Program-made: the position numbers and the translations under genes
Shown: positions 63,742-64,000 of the stretch, in pieces
Layout of the letters: each line of letters opens with the position of its first letter
Numbering within the stretch: the first letter of the stretch is position 1
From: Xylographa opegraphella
Taxonomy: Eukaryota
NCBI GenBank assembly: GCA_022813865.1
Contig: JALDZX010000001.1
Location: forward strand, 744,001 to 808,000
Direction of reading: 5' to 3'
Length of the DNA stretch: 64,000 nucleotides
The notes under the pieces: generated by a model
Database searches by the model: none
The model's input: only the letters and a program-made list of their open reading frames with translations
What the model was told of the DNA's origin: nothing

Positions 63742-64000
63742 TACTCTGTATCTGGAAAATCTTTCCTGGCATCCGATATGGTTCCATTAGGTCATATCTT
63801 GGACAGATACGACTCGGTCAACGCCTAATCCGTGGCAAGCATCACGCCGTATCATCTTAGCAACGGAGCAGCGACATGACATGGGCAGCAAGTGCAGCTA
63901 AGTTGATAGCACTTATTTCCGAATGATCGGTAGTGGCACGAGCACAGTTCTGACTGAGGTAATGTGTCACCAAAGATGCAACTTACTGGTCGTATTCCAC

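Overview
Gene-dense, intron-containing chromosome segment of a filamentous ascomycete (Pezizomycotina; GT-AG introns of about 50-70 nt with CTRAC branch points). It carries about 27 protein-coding genes, mostly housekeeping: a Zn2Cys6 factor (partial), ATP1, a NUFIP1/Rsa1-CCCH protein, RPC25, SPT2, RPP2, RPS15, cystathionine gamma-lyase, Hpm1-type methyltransferase, a SET/MYND protein, an NTF2-like protein, LYS2 flanked by two Kre9/Knh1-type GPI proteins, complex I 17.8 kDa subunit, a PNPOx-like flavoprotein, TPA1, GLY1, a DevR/Hpa3-like bHLH factor, NOP12, DEP1, a 3-exon COA3 missing from the ORF track, PTA1, SIL1, a Cys-rich hypothetical and a HET-domain gene. I found no CRISPR array, tRNA/rRNA or intact transposon. 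The most unusual signals are post-transcriptional and compositional. GLY1 and COA3 have competing 5' splice donors coupled to upstream AUGs. HPM1 has a structured intron ending in a stop-inserting TAGTAG acceptor. The bHLH gene has a ~1.1 kb AUG-depleted leader with a uORF pair. There are also repeated ~1 kb C-rich-to-G-rich skew modules that ignore gene direction. Gene models and homologies come from manual reading and motif recall, not database searches.
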